From: Eledone cirrhosa
Lineage: Eukaryota
Reading direction: 5' to 3'
Length of the DNA: 64,000 nt
Assembly: GCA_964016885.1 (NCBI GenBank)
Contig: OZ024742.1
Span: forward strand, 368,466,001-368,530,000
Shown: positions 56,578 to 64,000 of the stretch, in pieces
How the letters are laid out: every line of letters begins with the position of its first letter
How positions within the stretch are numbered: position 1 is the stretch's first letter
Position numbers and translations under genes: made by a program
Notes under the pieces: model-generated
The model's database searches: none
What the model saw: the letters and a program-made list of their open reading frames with translations, nothing else
Told to the model about the DNA's origin: nothing

Positions 56578-56882
56578 GTCGACGCCAATGAACTCTGTTG
56601 TATTCCTCTCGGTACTCGCAGAGAAAACACAACGAGTTATATCAAATAATTTGTGTAATTTGCGAAACAACCAAAACGCCCCTCCTCGCAGTAGCCGAAT
56701 AACATAAAGTAAGTAATCTGTGACCGAGTTTTTAACACCAACGCTGATCGACTGCCCAGGTCACGTGACCCATATGCAAATGTGTGAGCACGTGCAAACC
56801 GAACAAAACGAATTTAACAGTCCATACAACAATGAGGTTGTGAGTTTGATTCCCAGTCCATACAACAATATATATACACATA

Positions 56883-56924
<42 letters not shown>

Positions 56925-57340
56925 CATCTTGGCATTCAAATTCCGAATGTTGATCTATCTACATACAGTGACTTATTTTTTATGTACATATATTGATTTC
57001 CTTTTATATACACATTCATACACACTCCAGTGTATATATTTATATATACACATACCGCGCATGTATTTAAATTCATACGCATACACATATACATAGCATG
57101 TGTATTTGTGTGTGTATGTATGTGGGTGTCTGTATGTGTATGCGTATGTGTATATGTGTGTGTGTGTGTTGCCGGTAGTACTACTAGTACTACCCTATGG
57201 AAACATGTTTAGCCTGCAACATTACACAACATTATATACACAATCCGTCAATGGCTTTTTCAATAGAAAGTGATTTTTTGTTGAATCTATATATAGATGT
57301 ATTTCAATGGATCAATGGATATATTTGTACATACACACAC

Positions 57341-57416
<76 letters not shown>

Positions 57417-57527
57417 ATATCTGTGTGTGTGTGTATGTGTGTGTGTGTGTCTGTGTGTGTGTGTACATATATATCGTGAAATATATAAATATACATTCAC
57501 ATATATTTATGTATTTTAATCTATCTA

Positions 57528-57661
<134 letters not shown>

Positions 57662-58157
57662 AATACAATAACAGAGATAGTTTAAAGCTAAACTCTGACT
57701 GGTAACCATCTCACTCAACAAACATTAGGTTATATTAAAATATAAACCCAATTTAAGTGTTTGGGGTGCTAACAATATGTATAATGTGGAAAAACCAGTT
57801 GTATTATTTTATGAGATATAATTAAAGTTAAAGTATATCTCTCTTTCCAAACAATTGTTTCATTATAAGTTTTCTACAAGTTTGGGAGAATGTTTCCAGT
57901 TTATGCAGAAGCCTAATATATATTCATGTAAGAATATATTTAGGTGGGCACTTATAAATCATCAGTGGAAGCCCGTTAAACTTTGATATAAGAAAACAAT
58001 TTCTTACCGCTGTCAAAAATCATGTCCGTAAAGTTGGTCTCTCTCACCTCGAATGACCGCTAAATTTGAAATTCCAGCAGTTTTTGACTGAGGAAGTATC
58101 ATAGCGACACGAAGCGGGAAGGGGAGACAACCCACGAAATGAGGAAAAAAATAATAA

Positions 58158-58662
58158 TATACACGCGGGTTAATTAGTTTTTTTGAATACATTATCAATC
58201 CAACGTGTTTAAGAACTCAATTGAAAATAAAAAAAATAAATATATGCTTGTATAAATTACACATGCATATAGATATTTTCTTAGGCTAAATCAGAAGTTG
58301 TACCCGAATAAGAACCGCTTCTCATAACCGCAGTAAATGCAGAAAGTTATGCTATAAAGGGCAAATGGGAATATAATTCTCCGGCCGAATTATTAAGAGT
58401 AAAATATAAAACACACGCGGGTTAATTAGTTATTTTAAAACCAATATTAATTTCTCGTGTAAAGAACTTAATTAATAAAAGAAAATAAATACATATATGC
58501 ATGTAATTATATACGTAGGCATATATATATATTTTCCTAGGCTAAAAAACAGAGAAGTTACAACCAAAAAAAGCCACAATATTTCACAACAGTAATAAAT
58601 ACGGAAAGTCAAATTCATAAGGTACCTGGAAATAAACACCTCTGGCCATTCAAGAGTAAATA
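58158..58662 (+). repeat. Diverged ~252-bp tandem duplication
   Basis: acacgcgggttaattagtt...ttaggctaaa...agaagtt...ccggcc...aagagtaaa occurs at 58161 and 58413. Confidence 0.8.
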
Positions 58663-58680
58663 TTTAATACAATAACAGAG

Positions 58681-58751
<71 letters not shown>

Positions 58752-59234
58752 TTAAGTCGTTTGGAAGCCTCGACAATGCAAATGGGTAAATCTCCGGGTA
58801 ACAAGGTCCGGTGGTGGAGAGAGAGATGTAAGTGGGTGTACGTTGAGATGCGTGGTGTGTATAAGATGTGTGAGATGTGTAGAATGAAGGGAAGAGTATA
58901 AAGGATAAAAATAAAATTAAAATAACAACACAAGAGAGAGTTACCTCGGGAGAGATTTAATAGTCCCTATATATTTCGGATTCACATCCATCAACTGGGG
59001 TTTTTTCGGGGTGGGGGAAAAGGTTGTCTGTCGGACAACTCGGAACGCGTCTTTCGCTGTTTGTTGATTTGAATATCTGAGGTATTCGGCAGAGCGCGCG
59101 TGCGCGTGAAATGGGGTCGGTCGTACAGAGGTCAGCGGCCGAATGAGGGAGTGGGATGGCGCTAGCTGTCAGTCCATTCTCTGCCTGTTTGTTAAATGTT
59201 ACTGTGTGTGTGTGCGTGTGTAGTTGTCTCGCTT

Positions 59235-59297
<63 letters not shown>

Positions 59298-59436
59298 GTT
59301 GCCTTGTTCATCTGTATTGGCAGTGTAGTATGTTCGTATGGTGGAATGCTACTGTGTGTGTGCGTGTATGTGTGTAGTTGTCTCGTTTGCGTGTGTGTGT
59401 GTGCGTGTGTTGTGCGTTGTTGCATCGCTTGTTAAC

Positions 59437-60111
59437 TTAAACCAGCCATTTCGTTTCGCTTCTCTCTGATCGGTTGTTTATTTGCGGTTGCAGTCGTTTG
59501 ATAAAAAGCGCTTCCTTGATACGTAGCGTGCCGACGTTTCTTTCAGTCGCTAGAATTGTGACAATGGGCCTTCCGTCTTTGTTTCCGCATTTGTCTATGT
59601 GTTTCCGGAAAGACGAGGCCTTGGTTTTAGTGTGTTCCTTGATCCGGATGTGCAAAGGTCGAATTGTGCTACCTATGTAGTATTGGTTGCACCTGTCACA
59701 TTCTATCTTATACACGACGTATGTGCGTAGGCAACAGTTAGCATGGCGTATCGGGCAGTCTCTGAGGGAGCATGCGTCAGTAGATTTTTCGGGTTTCCTG
59801 GAGAGGCATCTTCGCAGGGAGGGGCCCGAGTGGGCCAGGTGGATGTCGAGGCCCTCCCTCCGTATAGCCTTGCGGATAGCGTTGGTGGTTTTCTCGCCCA
59901 GGTGTGGCATTTTAAGGAAGCACTTGCCTTGGGTGCTTCTCTGTCTCTTGCGTCTGGCGTCTCCTATTCTGTCTGTGATCGAGGTAGGGTACCCGTTCGT
60001 CTCCAGCACCTCGAGGAATCGCTTGGTATGAGTGACACCACTCGCGGGATCGTTGCATCTGTTTTTGATTCGCGCGATCTCGTTCGTGATGTATCCTCTT
60101 TTGGCACTGTT
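59437..60111 (-). pseudogene. PLE RT thumb + Cys linker + GIY-YIG endonuclease (C-terminal fragment)
   Basis: LETNGYP, CSLRDCPIRHANCCLRTYVVYKIECDRCNQYYIGSTIRPLHIRIKEH...LRIKEALFIKRLQPQIN. Confidence 0.9.
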
Positions 60112-60199
60112 GAAGGGAAGAGTATAAAGGATAAAACTAAAAATAAAAATAACAACACAAGAGAGAGTTACCTTGGGAGAGATTTAATAGAAATGGGCC

Positions 60200-60653
60200 A
60201 ACGCTGGCTGCCAAATTATTTTCCTGAAACGCTGCCTAAAAAACGATGTCATCCCCAACACCATCAAGAGGGATCCACTGCAACTTCTACAGAAAGGCAG
60301 CCTGCAGGGACCTATTCGTTCACTACAAATCCGCCCTCCCTAACAGTGCCAAAAGAGGATACATCACGAACGAGCTCGCGCGAATCAAAAACAGATGCAG
60401 CGACCAATACTACATAGGTAGCACAATTCGACCTTTGCACATCCGGATCAAGGAACACACTAAAACCAAGGCCTCGTCTTTCCGGAAACACATAGACAAA
60501 TGCGGAAACAAAGACGGAAGGCCCATTGTCACAATTCTAGCGACTGAAAGAAACGTCGGCACGCTACGTATCAAGGAAGCGTTTTTTATCAAACGACTGC
60601 AACCGCAAATAAACAACCGATCAGAGAGAAGCGAAACGAAATGGCTGGTTTAA
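60200..60653 (+). pseudogene. Internally deleted copy of the same PLE ORF
   Basis: N-terminal-type motif QIIFLKRCLKNDVIPNTI is fused to thumb FYRKAACRDLFVHYKSALP, which is fused to YYIGSTIRP. Confidence 0.85.
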
Positions 60654-60804
60654 GTTAACAAGCGATGCAACAACGCACAACACACGCACACACACACACA
60701 CACACACACGCAAACGAGACAACTACACACATACACGCACACACACACAGTAGCATTCCACCATACGAACATACTACACTGCCAATACAGATGAACAAGG
60801 CAAC

Positions 60805-60857
<53 letters not shown>

Positions 60858-61385
60858 AAGCGAGACAACTACACACGCACACACACACACAGTAACATTT
60901 AACAAACAGGCAGAGAATGGACTGACAGCTAGAGCCATCCCACTCCCTCATTCGGCCGCTGACCTCTGTACGACCGACCCCATTTCACGCGCACGCGCGC
61001 TCTGCCGAATACCTCAGATATTCAAATCAACAAACAGCGAAAGACGCGTTCCGAGTTGTCCGACAGACAACCTTTTCCCCCACCCCGAAAAAACCCCAGT
61101 TGATCGATGTGAATCCGAAATATATAGGGACTATTAAATCTCTCCCAAGGTAACTCTCTCTTGTGTTGTTATTTTTATTTTATCCTTTATACTCTTCCCT
61201 TCATTCTACACATCTCACACATCTTATACACACCACGCATCTCAACGTACACCCACTTACATCTCTCGCTCCACCACCGGACCTTGTTACCCGGAGATTT
61301 ACCCATTTGCATTGTCGAGGCTTCCAAACGACTTAAAGATATTTACTTATTGTTCCACAATGCTTCAAGCAAACTTCAATACTCT

Positions 61386-61470
<85 letters not shown>

Positions 61471-61789
61471 ATATTAAATAAATGGAAACTATATTTATAA
61501 AACAATATTTATTCTATTATATATATTTCAAGGATACCAACATTTTGGTACGTTATCATCAGATAAAATACAAAATGTTTTATAAATATTTGACATAACC
61601 TAGGATAATATACCTTAACGGTTCAAGTTATCCCTGGAAAGTTATTATTGAATATTTACTCCAGAAACTTGTCGAGTGCGCTGAATCAGTTATAAACATT
61701 TATATTTATTTGTTGTATTTCCAACAACTTAAATATCCTTTCTACTTATATATATATATATATTTGTTTGTGCTCAGTGTTTGTCTTGT

Positions 61790-62852
61790 CTATTCTTGAA
61801 CTATATATATATGTGTATGTATGTGTGTATGTGTGTCTGTGTGTGTGTGTGTATGTGTGTCTGTGTGTATAGATAGAAGTATACGTTTATTTGGAGGTGA
61901 AGGTACGAGAGAGAAGTGTAGTCAATAGAGCCCCCCCCCTTCTTCATAAGGAATACAATACAATATAAGCTATATCTATTGTAAAGGCAAGTAATGGAAC
62001 AAACAAATATGCAAATATTGTTGGCTTGCATAATTATCGTAATGACTGTAGCATGGGACTGCACAGACACACATACATATACATGCATACACACACACAC
62101 ACACACACATATACATACATACACAGACACACACATATACATACATACACAGACACATACATACACATATACACGCATATACATACACATACACACACAT
62201 ATATCTGTGTATGTATATATATATATATATGCGTGTGTAGATATGTATATATAAATATATATAGATACATATATATGTATGTGTGAGTGTGTGAGTGTGT
62301 GTGTCTGTATGTGTGTGTAAATACACACATAACCACATATATATATATATGTGTGTATGTGTGTGTATGTGTGTGTTTGTGTGTGTGTGTATGTATGTGT
62401 ATGTATGTGTGTGTATACACATTCACACATAACCATATAACCCTTTTTTAATGTGTTTCTTCACCCCCTCCCCTTCCTATTGAAACAAACATGTTCTACC
62501 CTGGGCTCGTGCTATCTATCTCCCCCTCCCTCTCTCAACCTTACGCCACCCCCATCTCTCTCTTCCATCTCTCTCTCTCCCCCTGCCAGTCTCTCCCTCT
62601 CTCCCTTCCATCTCCCCCCTCTCTCACCTCCTCTCCCCCCTCTCTCTCTGTTTTCCTAAACCAGCTCTCCAAATATCTATGTATTTATCATTTATCTCAC
62701 TACCTGATATATATATATATATACACATATATATATATATATATATACACATATATACATATATATATGTATATACATATATATATATACATATATATAT
62801 ACACATATATATAGACACACATATATATATATATATATATATACATATATAC

Positions 62853-62909
<57 letters not shown>

Positions 62910-63068
62910 TATATACATATACATATATATGTATATGTATATATATACATATATATATATATACATATATATATATACATATATATATATACATATATAT
63001 ATACATATATATATATGTATGCATGTATATATATATACATATATATATATGTATACATATATATATAT

Positions 63069-63152
<84 letters not shown>

Positions 63153-63177
63153 GTATACATATATATATATATACATG

Positions 63178-63228
<51 letters not shown>

Positions 63229-63392
63229 AATACCTACATATGATACCTTTTTTTTTAAATAAAATAGATTTTTCATCGATTTATCGCCATATTTTTTGTT
63301 TCATATTTCGATCTTATGATTTCGATTATTTTGAAAGCCTTTTATATGTTTTGAATTGTATTGAAGGAATATTATCTATATGTATATATATG

Positions 63393-63475
<83 letters not shown>
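61790..63475. repeat. Compound (TA)n/(CA)n/(TG)n/CT-rich microsatellite block
   Basis: Directly visible. Confidence 0.9.
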
Positions 63476-63477
<2 letters not shown>

Positions 63478-63487
63478 GATCGCGACG

Positions 63488-64000
63488 CTGATGGTGATGG
63501 TGACGATGGTGAGGATAAGGATTATGGTGATGATGGTGATGGTGATAGAGGTGGTGGTGGTGATGGTGGTGGTGGTGATGGTGGTGATGGTGGTGATGAT
63601 GATGGTGATGATGGTGGTGGTGGTGGTGGTGGTGGTGGTGGTGGTGGTGGTGGTGGTGGTGGTGGTGGTGATGGTGGTGGTGATGGTGGTGATGGTGGTG
63701 ATGGTGATGGTGGTGGTGATGGTGGTGGTGGTGATGGTGGTGATGGTGGTGGTGGTGGTGGTGATGATGGTGATGGTGATGGTGGTGATGGTGGTGGTGG
63801 TGGTGGTGGTGGTGGTGGTGGTGGTGGTGATGGTGATGGTGGTGGTGATGGTGGTGGTGATTGTGGTGGTGGTGATGGTGGTGATGGTGGTGGTGGTGGT
63901 GGTGGTGGTGATGGTGGTGGTGGTGATGGTGGTGGTGATGGTGGTGGTGGTGGTGTTGGTGGTGGTGGTGGTGATGGTGGTGGTGGTGATGGTGGTGGTG
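63488..64000. repeat. (GGT/GAT)n trinucleotide repeat running off the window end
   Basis: Directly visible. Confidence 0.95.

Larger units (their letters stand above)
53565..56867 (-). mobile_element. Ty3/Gypsy LTR retrotransposon with internal deletion (no integrase)
   Basis: 272-bp LTRs at 53565-53836 and 56596-56867 (about 4 differences), outer TG..CA ends, ATATA on both flanks, PBS-like TGGCGTCGACG near 56578-56588, purine-rich tract next to the 3' LTR. Confidence 0.93.
58746..61342. mobile_element. Penelope-like element in inverted (palindromic) arrangement: left arm minus 58746-60111, right arm plus 60191-61342
   Basis: The arms are reverse complements over ~950 bp. 60111-60190 is an inverted copy of 61131-61203. 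GIY-YIG coding sequence is present in both arms. Confidence 0.92.

Overview
Eukaryotic, extremely repeat-rich DNA. The SINE families resemble those I associate with octopus/cephalopod genomes, which is an inference from recall. Bases 1-17950 are a 30-bp trinucleotide-derived satellite. The rest is a mosaic of microsatellites, three minisatellite families, tRNA-derived SINEs, a non-autonomous Helitron, a hAT MITE, CRE- and RTE-type LINE 3' fragments, a nearly full-length L1/Tx1-type LINE, an integrase-less Ty3/Gypsy element with 272-bp LTRs, and two Penelope-like elements (RT + GIY-YIG). Most ORF-track entries are translations of simple repeats. Three signals stand out. (i) About ten hammerhead-ribozyme motifs occur, several inside non-coding fold-back elements; the best is a complete type I hammerhead present in both arms of the 41.6-42.5 kb palindrome. 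(ii) An intact three-exon SGNH/GDSL hydrolase gene (34963->34210, introns of 55 and 57 nt) is only partly seen by the ORF track. (iii) That gene lies in a SINE-free ~4.7 kb island ending in a co-oriented hammerhead + AATAAA tail, which I propose as a candidate cargo-carrying, intron-retaining Penelope-like (Terminon-like) element.
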